Assembly (NCBI GenBank): GCA_964016885.1
Contig: OZ024744.1
Coordinates: forward strand, 106,640,001 to 106,704,000
Direction: 5' to 3'
Source of the DNA: Eledone cirrhosa
Taxonomy: Eukaryota
Length of the DNA: 64,000 nt
The notes below the pieces were generated by a model that did no database searches, was not told the origin of the DNA, and saw only the letters and a list, made by a program, of their open reading frames with translations. Both the position numbers and the translations under genes were made by a program. Of this stretch, positions 10,612-21,700 are shown one piece after another. The first letter of the stretch is position 1. Each line of letters starts with the position of its first letter.

Positions 10612-12948
10612 ATTATTATTATTTCGCTTTTGCATCAAGGTTTTCACTAGAAAGATGTAAACAAACTGACCATCAAGCCTGGCAACCTCAGATAGCCAGT
10701 ACTATTTACAGGAAGAGCTGTTTTGTCAGGCAGGAAATGTTAGGTTATATTCCAAGTTCAAATTTTTTTCTGTAATTTCTTTGGTATCAATCCCAGTGCA
10801 CCAATAACAACAGAAATCACCTTTGCTGACACATTCCACAGCCTAGCTGTTTCTACTCTCAAGTCTGAATAGTTCCTTATCTTTTCCCATTCTTTCTCAT
10901 CAATTCTCTGATCTCCAGGGATTGCAACATTAATTATCCAGCACTTTCTCTAATCTTTTTCAATCGCGACAATGTCAGGTCTCCAGTGTTCAATAACTCT
11001 GTCTGATTATATCAATCACGACAATGTCACCTCTCCAGTGTTCAATAACTCTGTCTGTTTATATCAATCACGACAATGTCACCTCTCCAGTGTTCAATAA
11101 CTCTGTCTGTTTATTTCAATCACGACAATGTCAGGTCTCCTGTGTTCAATAACTCTGTCTGATTATATCAATCACGACAATGTCACCTCTCCAGTGTTCA
11201 ATAACTCTGTCTGTTTATATCAATCACGACAATGTCACCTCTCCAGTGTTCAATAACTCTGTCTGTTTATTTCAATCACGACAATGTCAGGTCTCCTGTG
11301 TTCAATAACTCTGTCTGATTATATCAATCACGACAATGTCACCTCTCCAGTGTTCAATAACTCTGTCTGTTTATATCAATCACGACAATGTCACCTCTCC
11401 AGTGTTCAATAACTCTGTCTGTTTATTTCAATCACAACAATGTCACCTCTCCAGTGATCAATAACTCTGTCTGCTTGTACAGTTAGAGCCCACTTTATCT
11501 TTACTTTGTCATTCTCAATTCCACTCTCCAGTTCATAGTGGTACCATCTTCGTCCACTTTGAATCCATATTTCTGACAAAGTAACCAATGCAAGCTCAAG
11601 CACACCTTGTTGTGGTGTCTCTTGTAATCTTTTTGTGCAAGCAAAGTACAGCCACTTACAATGTGTGTTAGTCTCTCCACTCTTGTTCCACACAACTTAC
11701 ATTTGTCATCATCACTTTGTCCATGTAACTTCTTCATTGAGTTGGTGCTTAGTACTTGATCCTGGGTGGCTAAAAGCAAACCTTCCATTTCTCTCTTCAT
11801 ACCTCCCCTTCTCAACCAATCCCATGATCTTTCAGTTTTCAGGTGTTGAGTCTGTTCTTCAAATTGACTGTACAATTCTTGTTTTTCTTTCTCAACTCTT
11901 TTCTTGTAGTCCTCTTCGCTTTCCATGTTTTTTTTCCATTAATTTATTTGTCTTGGCAACGTATTTGAGTAGTTTGCAACTTAAGAGTCTATGCCTCTCT
12001 CTGCAACGACACATTCTTCTATTCCTATCAATCCTCTCCCACCATTCTCACTTGACTCATGCAGCCTCAAAACATTTGCACCCTTACAGATTGCCCTCAT
12101 CTCTGCCAACATCGTCCTGGTCTTTCTGTCAATGTCTTCCAGTTCCTGCATGGTCCAATTGAGGACCGCCACACTGTATCTTACTAATGCCACAGCCCAG
12201 CAATGTATAGCCGTCATCAACTTTCATGCATTTAGTTTTCTCTTTACTCTTCTGAAGTATATTTCTTTGACTAGTTGTTTCATCTGACCATCAAGGATTT
12301 CCTCAGCCTCTAATACACCAAGATATTTATATCCTGGCACTTCCGGTTCAGATACGTTCTCTCCATTTGGGAGTTCTATTCCCTGGCCATAGACCCTTCT
12401 TTCTCGTCTCTAATTTTTTAACTCCAAATTCCATTCTAATGTCCTTAGAGCAGTGTTGAACAGTCTGAACCAATGAATAGATCGAATTTCATTCTTAGCA
12501 AATAACTTCAGATCATCCATGAACAGCAAGTGACTTAACAAAGTACCCTCTCTCTCAAGATTGTACCCACTCCCTGTCTCACGCAGAACAAAGGATAAGG
12601 GTATCAAGGCCATTACAAAAGGCAGTGATGAGAATGAATCACCTTGAAAAATTCCTGCTTATTTCCACTATCCCTAGGTGTTGATCATTGGCGTAAAGAA
12701 CCATCCTCCATGTGGTCATGCTTTCTCTGATAAGAGATATAATGTTTGGTGCTACTTTACACATTTCCAGGCATTTGATGACCTATGAGTTTGACACAAT
12801 GTCATAGGCCTTTTTCAGATTGACCCCGGCCATACACAGATTAGTTGACCATCTCTTACAATTCCACAGATGATTCTTTGTGACTTGACATTATTTCTAC
12901 AACCCTTTTGCTCTTCTGGAAGCAACTCTTGATTTACGAGGTGAGATT
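10612..12948 (-). mobile_element. R4/Dong-like RLE LINE 'A', 3' part (RT core, CCHC knuckle, RLE, (TAA)n tail)
   Basis: Minus strand: IFQGDSFSSL, HLLFMDDLKLFAK, GYKYLGVLE, NGGRGLI, CKLCGTRVERLTHIVSGC..RHHNKV, HWRPDIV..INVAIPGD..EKIRNYSDL..LW..VVIGALG. Ends in aataataataat (10612-10623). Pseudogenised. Confidence 0.9.
10961..11475. repeat. 52-bp minisatellite x10 inside the LINE A endonuclease domain
   Basis: ctcc(a/t)gtg recurs at 10981, 11033, 11085 ... 11449 (period 52). The unit reads QTDRVIEHWR(P/G)DIVVI on the minus strand. Confidence 0.95.
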
Positions 12949-15900
12949 GGGATGGGTGGTGTAGGTATACTACTAGCTGACAAGTGGGTAGATAAAGTAA
13001 TCTCAGTGTTCAGGGTAAATGCAAGAATCATTAAACTCAGACTAGTCCTGAATAAAACAATTACCACAATAATATCAGCTTACGCACCCCAGTCGGGGCT
13101 GCCAGACGAACTTAAGGATAGGTTTTACGAGTCCCTAATGCACACTACTGCTCTAACAGACGACAATGACTTCCTAATCATCGCAGGAGATTTTAACGGA
13201 CACGTAGGTAAACACTGCAACAGCTTCAATAGAGTACATAGAGGCCATGGGGTTGGCACAAGGAATGAGGAAGGATTCAGACTTCTAGAATTCTGCGACG
13301 CCAATGACATGTCGATATGTAACACAAACTTTAAAAAACCCGACAACCACCTGATCACCTATAGATCAGGGGAGCACTCTAGTCAGTTAGATTTTATCCT
13401 CATCAGAGGACGTGACAGATGGACGGTCATAAACACAAAAGCCTTCCCTAGTGAGGAATGTACATCCCAACATAGCTTAGTTGTCAGCGACCTCACGGTC
13501 AGAACTAGACGAACCCGGAAACAGAGGCCAACCTGGAGAAGAAAGATCTGGAAGCTGAAAGTCCCCTCAACCAGTAACAGATTTAAAGATATTTTACTCA
13601 ACGCCTACGACAGTAAAGAAGAACAGATAGAGACATTTAATGTAGAAGAGAACTGGGAGTTCCTAAAAAATAATCTACTAGAGGCGACGGATGAGGTCTG
13701 TGGCTGGAGTAAGACCTCAAGCAGGAGGAGAGTGACTTGGAGGTGGAACAATAAGGTAGATGAAGCAGTTAAGGCCAAGAGACAGGCATGGAAAGAATGG
13801 AAGAACGGGGGGAGCAGGGTACATTACATAAAGACCAAGAGGGAAGCTAGGTGACAAGTATACTTAGCTAGGAGGGAAGCAGAAGATAGAAAATTCAAGC
13901 ATGTTTTGCAACGCGAGGACCAGAAACAGGAGGTATTCAAGATTGCGAGGCAGTGTGTCAGAGATAGTTGTGATGTCATTGGAGAGAAGTGTATCCGGAA
14001 TGATAAAGGTGAGCTTGCCCTCACAAGTGCTGAGAAGAAAGATGCATGGAAGAGTCATTATGATAGATTACTAAATGAGGAGAATACATGGGAAGAAGAG
14101 ACCCTACCCAAAGTAGACCCTATAGAGGGACCAGCAGTACAAGTCAGCAGCAGCGTAGTAAGTAAGGCAATCAAAGATATGAAGATGGGGAAGGCAACCG
14201 GTCCATCGGGTATAGCTGCCGAGATGCTGAAGGCATCTGGGTCTGTAGATCACACTATAACCACACGTATTGTTAACCAGGTAATACTAGAAGGTGCCAT
14301 ACCAAAAGATTGGTGCAGTAGCATCATTGTCAACTGCTACAAAGGTAAAGGCGATGCACTAGATAGAGGAAACTATAGAGGTATAAAGTTGATGGACCAG
14401 GTCATGAAAGTAACAGAAAGAGTTATAGCACAGTTGATTAGGGACCGGGTGAAAATAGACGAGATGCAATTTGGGTTTGTACCAGGAAGAGGCACCACTG
14501 ATGCCCTCTTCCTTGTGAGGCAATTACAGGAAAAGTACCTAGCTAAAAGTAAGCCACTCTACTTGGCATTTGTCGACCTTGAGAAAGCCTTTGACAGAGT
14601 TCCACGTGTTGTAATCTGGTGGGCTCTTAGAAAACTAGGAGTAGATGAATGGCTTGTGAAAGCGGTACAAGCCATGTATAGGGGAGCAGTCAGCAAAGTT
14701 AGGATTAGCAATGACTATAGCGAGGAATTTAGCGTACAGGTTGGGGTCCACCAGGGCTCAGTTCTTAGCCCCCTCCTGTTCATCATAGTCCTGCAGGCAA
14801 TAACGGAGGAATTTAAGACCGGATGCCCATGGGAACTCCTGTATGCTGATGACCTCGCACTCATAGCTGAATCTATGGTAGAACTAGAGAAGAAATTCCA
14901 AACTTGGAAGCAGGGACTAGAAAGAAAGGGTTTCAAAGTCAACATGACAAAGACTAAGGTCCTTGTAAGTAGACGAGAAAACAGAACCCAGATCCCCTCA
15001 GGGAAATAGCCTTGCTCAGTATGTAGGAAAGGTGTAGGTAGGAACTCCATTCTCTGCCCCAAATGCAAACAATGGGTACACAAGAGATGTAGCGGGATCT
15101 CAGGAAGCTTAATTAAGAATGTAGGCTTCACATGCAGCAGCTGTGCTGAGACAGCAAGCAGCAAACAGCCACAGGAAACTAGTACCACCAATCTCTGGGA
15201 GGGCTCTGTAGAAACAGTAGACAGCTTCTGCTACCTAGGTGACCGAATTAGCAGTGGAGGTGGGTGTTCAGAAAGTACAATAACTAGGGTAAGAACGGGA
15301 TGGAAGAAGTTTAGGGAACTACTACCACTGCTAGCTGCAAAAGGCTTCGCCCTCAGAATGAAAGGCAGACTGTATGATGCGTGTATCCGAACAGCAATGT
15401 TGCATGGTAGTGAGACCTGAGCGCTGAAGGTGGAAGACTTACGTAGATTAGAGAGAAACGAAGCCTGCATGCTCCGATGGATGTGTAACAGTAATATACG
15501 TGAACGACAAAGCATAAATGAATTGAGAGAGAGACTGAGCATAAGAGGAATCAAATGCTGTGTGCAGGAGAGGCGGTTGCGCTGGTATGGACATGTGATG
15601 CTGCATAAAAAGGTGCAGAGCACTAGAAGTTGATGGAAACCGCGGAGTGGGGAGACCCAAGATGACCTGGGATGAGGTGATAAAAGCCGACCTTACCCAA
15701 TTACACCTCTCGAAGGCAATGACACAAGACCGTGACTTCTGGCGTCACGCAGTAATACAGAGTACCCGACCTCCCATGGGTACAAGCTGAAGCATATAGA
15801 CAATATGCCCCCACGCCCCCACCCTCCCCACCGCAAGGTGGTCGTGGAGGTGCCACGGCAAAAAAGCACCCAGCCCACACTATAAAGTGGACGTGTAGGC

Positions 15901-16147
15901 GCCACAAAAACGCACCCAGCCCACACTGTAAAGTGGATGTGTAGGCGCCACGAAAAAGCACCCAGCACTCACTGTAAATGAGGTTGGTGTTAGGAAGGGC
16001 ATCCAGCTGTAGAAATCAAGCCAAATCAGCTCCTGTATGAGCAAGGCATGGTCAGCCGACCAGACACTGCCCACAACAGGAAAACCCGTCTAACCCATGC
16101 TAGCGTGGAAGATCGGACGTAAAACGGTGATGATGATGATGATGATG
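12949..16147 (+). mobile_element. Relatively young 5'-truncated RTE-clade LINE (APE + RT + PHD-like finger) with (GAT)n tail, nested in LINE A
   Basis: One frame from 12952 with APE motifs (GGVGILL, GDFNGHVG, SQLDFIL) and RT motifs (NYRGIKL, FVDLEKAFDRV, GVHQGSVLSPLLF, LLYADDL). Broken only by stops at 13852, 15007 and 15418 and a frameshift near 15601; natural stop at ~15790. Tail (gat)n at ~16127-16147; TSD tgagatt at 12942-12948 and 16146-16152. Confidence 0.95.
15858..15980 (+). repeat. 46-bp tandem repeat (about 2.5 copies) in the RTE 3' UTR
   Basis: gcacccagc at 15866, 15912 and 15958, with near-identical intervening sequence ccacact(a/g)taaagtgga(c/t)gtgtaggcgccac. Confidence 0.85.
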
Positions 16148-16152
16148 AGATT

Positions 16153-17575
16153 AAGTCTTGTCTGCAAGAATTCCTGTCAATACTTTCCAGAAAAGGTTTA
16201 AGGACGCTATTCGTTGGTAATCTTCAACCACTGTTCCTTTAGACTTGCATTTAATTATGAAGGTTGTCCTACCTTAAACCATCCAATCAGGCCCCTGTCC
16301 ACTCAGAAGGCATCCATTCATCCCATCTCTTGTCCTTTCATGTAAGTTGTAGAACTTTTTATCCAAAATCTGTGCACCCCATCTAGTCCAGGACAATTCC
16401 AGTTTGCTATTCCTTTAACCTGAGTTTTCACCAGTAGTTATTTCTATCCTATCTTGTTGTTGAATTCCACTAAGTCTTGTCTCAACATCTATAATCCATT
16501 TCACGTCCATATTATGGCTTACAAGGATACCCCATAATTCTAACCAAACTGGAGTTGCCTGTGCTGCATCAGGTGGTATTGTCCCTTCCATCTCACCTGA
16601 GAGACTTCTGAAATATTTCCGTTGATTTACTTGAAACAGTCAGTTCTATTCAAACTGCTTCTGCTGATCCGTGTATCATTTAATATGATGTAACTTGGCT
16701 TTAATCTTCTGTTTGAGTCCCTCAATTAGTCTTGAATCACTTTGTTCTCATCTTATAAGTTTGGTTTATCCTTGCTTTTTCATCATTTTAATCTTTCTTC
16801 TATTTCCCCATTTGCCATGCATTTATTTTTCCTAAATCTTGGCTGAGCCTTTTCACATCCCTTCCAATCATCTTTTCCACCAAGGCTCACTCTTTTCTTT
16901 CTTTCTTAAGACTCCTTTTATTCCTACAATTTCTCCAACTAGCATACCAGCTGCACATAGCAGCTTTCTTACTTTCGTGGCATTAGATGTCTGCATATAG
17001 GACAAAAGGGAATTCACTTTTGCTACTTCAGCACGTACACAAATATCATTAACATATCTTAAACTTTCAGGTTTTTCAGGTTCATCACTATCATACATCT
17101 CTCTTAGCCATGACAGTATACCCACCTTTTCCTCATCCAATAGATTTTCATCTAGCTGGGCCAATTCCTCTTTCCTCAGCTGTCTCTCTGATTCTGCATC
17201 ATCTGGTCGTTCTCATTCGCTTTCTTCTTCTCCTTTCTCATATTCATGTATTTTGGTTTCCATGATCTCCGTCATTGCCAGTATTTAGTACCTCTTTCTC
17301 GATAGCATCATCTCAACTTTAGAGAACCATTTGTTTCTCAACAACGAGCGGATTTGGCTCATCATTTGGTTTTCTTCAATGTCAAACATTCCTGTCCCCC
17401 TCCATAGGTTCAACAACACTTGTGAGCCTACACCTCACCGTCCACCCATATTGACCCTTAGTTAGCATTTAACAGCTATTCTGTTCTGATCTTTTGACCA
17501 TTTCAGCCGTCCTTTCACATCATTTTTGCCTGTCCATACTGTGGTTATATAAATTAACCCTCTTGTTAGATACAG
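16153..17575 (-). mobile_element. R4/Dong-like RLE LINE 'A', 5' part
   Basis: Minus strand: RLKWSKDQNRIAVKC, EPWWKR, NWNCPGLDGVHRFWIK, DYQRIASLNLFWKVLTGILA. Continues in frame into 12948 and below once the RTE and one TSD copy are removed. The 5' boundary is approximate. Confidence 0.85.
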
Positions 17576-17579
17576 TTGC

Positions 17580-18719
17580 AAATTTTTCAGTACCCTTTTT
17601 TATCATTCCAAGTGCACCGACTATCACTGGTATTGTACAGGCCTTAAGATGTCACATTTTCTCAATTTCAATTGATAGATCTTTATACTTATTGAACTTT
17701 CTGAACTCTTTTGAGATGTTACGATCTGATGGAATACTCATGTCCTTCACAATTATATCAGGTCTGTTGGCCTAGATTGTTCTGTCAGTATTCACAGGGA
17801 AATCCCAGAGGATTGTTGTATTCTTGCCTCCTGTAACTGCATCTGGGTGATGGTTGTACCATTTTCCCTCCATTTTCAGACCATAAAACCTGCACATTAC
17901 CCAATGTAAGTATTGCTCCACTCTATCATGCCTTGTTTTATATTCCTGGGCAGTTAATACCTTGCAGCCGGAAACCAGGTGGTCTATGGTCTCAACATGA
18001 TCATCATAGAATCAACACTTTTGGTCAGTTCTATTTCTGATCACATTAGCTTGAAAGTTGAGCATTAGGAGACACTGAACTTGTGCAGCCCAAATGAAGT
18101 TTTCTCTCTCTGCCTTTAGCCCAGAATTCTGTAGCCACTTATAAGTGAGAGCTTGATCTACATCAGGTCCTTTGCTATGGAGAACTTACTGCCCATGCAG
18201 TAGCTTTTGCTCCCATTTAGTTCACAGTATCTGTTGGCCTTCATATTTTCAAACTGTATTCCCAGTTTTTCCACAAATTACCTTTATGACTGAATGTAAC
18301 CTCTTCCTTCATGAACTGCGAACATTTTCATCATCCAGTCATCTGTGGTTTTAAGGTACTGATTGAGACCAATAGTCAATATCCTGTATGAAAGTTCTAG
18401 CTGGATCATTCCTCTACATCCATTTTGTCTAGGAAGCTAAGGGCAATCCGCATCTGCTTTTGGGGGATGTATTCTATTACAAGACAAACGTTCCCTGGTT
18501 TTGGTGACCATTCTCTTAATTTCGGTAACGTACCAATTTATGATATTGAAACTGTAGGTGACAACAGGGATTGCAAATGTTTTTATGGCAGATAATTTAT
18601 TTCCCGAGTTAATCTCTGTTTTAACTCCAGTAGCATTCTTTTCTGATTCTCTCTTTCATGTTGGTGTGGTGAATACCTTGGCCCTCATTGATCCCTAGTT
18701 ATCTGTAGGGTTGTTCTTG
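17580..18719 (-). mobile_element. Second, distinct R4/Dong-like RLE LINE 'B' remnant (RT thumb to RLE)
   Basis: Minus strand: LGINEGQGIHHTNMKERIRKECY, FAIPVVTYSFNIINW, HPPKAD..RQNGCRGMIQLE, VETIDHLVSGCKVLTAQEYKTRHDRV..YLHW, WDFPVNTDRTI.ANRPDII, KYKDLSIEIEKM..IPVIVGALGMIKKG. Stops and frameshifts throughout. Confidence 0.88.
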
Positions 18720-21700
18720 TTGGTGTGGTGAATAACTTGGCCCTCATTGATCCCTAGATATCTGTAGGGTTGTTCTTGTTGGTGTGGTGAATACCATGGA
18801 CCTCATTGATCCCTAGATATTTGTAGGGTTGTTCATGTTGGTGTGGTGAATACTTTGGCCTTCATTGATCCCTAGATATATGGAGGGTTTTTCATGTTGG
18901 CGTGGTGAATACCTTGGCCTTCCTTGATCCCTAGTTATCTGTAGCGTTGTTCTTTTTGGTGTGGTGAATACCTTGGCCCTCATTGATCCCTAGATATCTG
19001 TAGGGTTGTTCCTGTTGGTGTGGTGAATACCTTGGCCCTCATTGATCCCTAGTTATCTGTAGTGTTGTTCCTGTTGGCGTGGTGAATAACTTGGCCCTCA
19101 TTGATCCCTAGTTAACTGTAGGGTTGTTCCTGTTGGTGTGCTGAATACCTTGGCCTTCATTGATCCCTAGATATCTGTAGTGTTGTTCTTGTTGGAGTGG
19201 TGAATATCTTGGACATCATTGATCCCTAGATATCTGTAGAGTTGTTCATGTTGGAGTGGTGAATATCTTGGCCATCATTGATCCCTAGTTATCTGTAGGG
19301 GTGTTCTTGTTGGTGTGGTGAATAACTTGGCCCTCATTGATCCCTAGTTATCTGTAGGGTTGTTCTTGTTGGTGTGGTGAATACCTTGGCCTTCCTTGAT
19401 CCCTAGTTATCTGTAGCGTTGTTCTTTTTGGTGTGGTGAATACCTTGGCCCTCATTAATCCCTGGATATCTGTAGGGTTGTTCCTGTTGGTGTGGTGAAT
19501 ACCTTGGCCCTCATTGATCCCTAGTTATCTGTAGTGTTGTTCCTGTTGGCGTGGTGAATAACTTGGCCCTCATTGATCCCTAGTTATCTGTAGGGTTGTT
19601 CTTGTTGGTGTGGTGAATACCTTGGCCTTCCTTCATCCCTAGATATCTGTAGGGGTGTTCTTGTTGGTGTGGTGAATACCTTGGCCCTCATTGATCCCTA
19701 GTTATCTGTAGGGTTGTTCTTGTTGGTGTGGTGAATACTTTGGCCCTCATTGATCCCTAAATATTTGTAGTGTTGTTCTTGTTGGCGTGGTGAATATCTT
19801 GGCCCTCATTGATCCCTAGATATATGGAGGGTTTTTCATGTTGGCGTGGTGAATACCTTGGCCTTCCTTGATCCCTAGTTATCTGTAGGGTTGTTCTTGT
19901 TGGTGTGGTGAATAACTTGGCCCTCATTGATCCCTAGACATCTGTAGGGTTGTTCCTGTTGGCGTGGTGAATATCTTGGCCCTTATATCCCAAGTTATCT
20001 GTAGAGTTGTTCCTGTTGGTGTGGTGAATACCTTGGCCCTCATTGATCCCTAGATATCTGTAGGGTTGTTCCTGTTGGTGTCGTAAATACCTTGGCCGTC
20101 ATAGATCCCTAGTTATCTGTAGTGTTGTTCATGTTGGCGTGGTGAATATCTTGGCCCTCATTGATCCCTAGATATCTGTAGTGTTGTTAATGGTGGCATG
20201 GTGAATACCTTGGCCTCATTGATCCCTTGTTATCTGTAGGGTTATTCATGTTGGGGTGGTGAATACCTTGGCCCTCATTGATCCCTAATTATCTGTAGGG
20301 TTGATCATGTTGGTGTGGTGAATACCTTGGCCTTCCTTGATCCCTAGATATCTGTAGTGTTGTTCTTGTTGGTGTGGTAAATACCTAGACCTTCATTGAT
20401 CCCTAGATATCTGTAGGCGGGGTCCTGTTGGTGTGTGAATACCTTGGCCTTCATTGATCCCTAGATATCTGTAGGGTTGTTCATGTTGGTGAGGTGAATA
20501 TCTTGGCCCTCATTGATCCCTAGATATTTGTAGGGTTGTTCATGTTGGTGTGGTGAATACCTAGACCTTCATTGATCCCTAGTTATCTGTAGGGTTGTTC
20601 TTGTTGGTGTGGTGAATAACTTGGCCTTCCTTGATCCCTAGTTATCTGTAGGGTTGTTCCTGTTGGTGTGGTGAATACCTTGGCCTTCCTTGATCCCTAG
20701 TTATCTGTAGGGTTGTTCTTGTTGGTGTTGTGAATACCTTGGCCCTCATTGATCCCTAGATATTTGTAGGGTTGTTCATGTTGGTGTGGTGAATACCTAG
20801 ACCTTCATTGATCCCTAGTTATCTGTAGGGTTGTTCTTGTTGGTGTTGAGAATACATTGGCCCTCATTGATCCCTAGTTATCTGTAGGGTTGTTAGAGTT
20901 GGTGTGGTGAATAGGTTGGCCTCCATTGATCCCGAGTTATCTGTAGGGTTGTTCATGTTGGTGTGGTGAATACCTTGGCCCTCATTGATCCCTAGTTATC
21001 TGTAGGGTTGTTCTTGTTGGTGTGGTGAATACCTTGACCTTCATTGATCCCTAGTTATCTGTAGGGTTGTTCTTGTTGGTGTGGTGAATACCTTGGCCCT
21101 CATTGATCCTTAGATATCTGTAGGGTTGTTCATGTTGGTGTGGTGAATAACTTGGCCCTCATTGATCCCTAGATATCTGTAGGGTAGTTCATGTTGGTGT
21201 GGTGAATACCTTGGCCCTCATTGATCCCTAGATATCTGTAGGGTTATTCCTGTTGGCATGGTGAATAACATGGCCCTCATTGATCCCTAGTTATCTGTAT
21301 GTTGTTCCTGTTGGCGTGGTAAATAACTTGGCCCTCATTGATCCCTAGTTATCTGTAGGGTTGTTCTTGTTGGTGTGGTGAATAACTTGGCCCTCATTGA
21401 TCCATAGTTATCTGTAGTGTTGTTCTTGTTGGTGTGGTGAATAACTTGGCCTTCATTGATCCCTAGTTATCTGTAGGGTTGTTCCTGTTGGTGTGGTGAA
21501 TACCTTGGCCTTCCTTGATCCATAGTTATCTTTAGGGTTGTTCTTGTTGGTGTGGTGTATACCTTGGCCTTCCTTGATCCCTAGTTATCTGTAGGGTTGT
21601 TTATGTTGGTGTAGTGAATAACTTGGCCGTCATTGATCCCTAGTTGTAAGTACGGTTGTTCATGTTGGTGTGGTGAATACCTTGGCCTTCCTTGAGCCCT

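Noticed and set aside
21530-21540. TTAGGG-like words in the satellite suggesting telomeric origin
   Set aside because: There is only a single gtaggg/ttaggg per monomer, explained by the LINE codons caa-ccc-tac on the other strand; no tandem telomeric hexamers.
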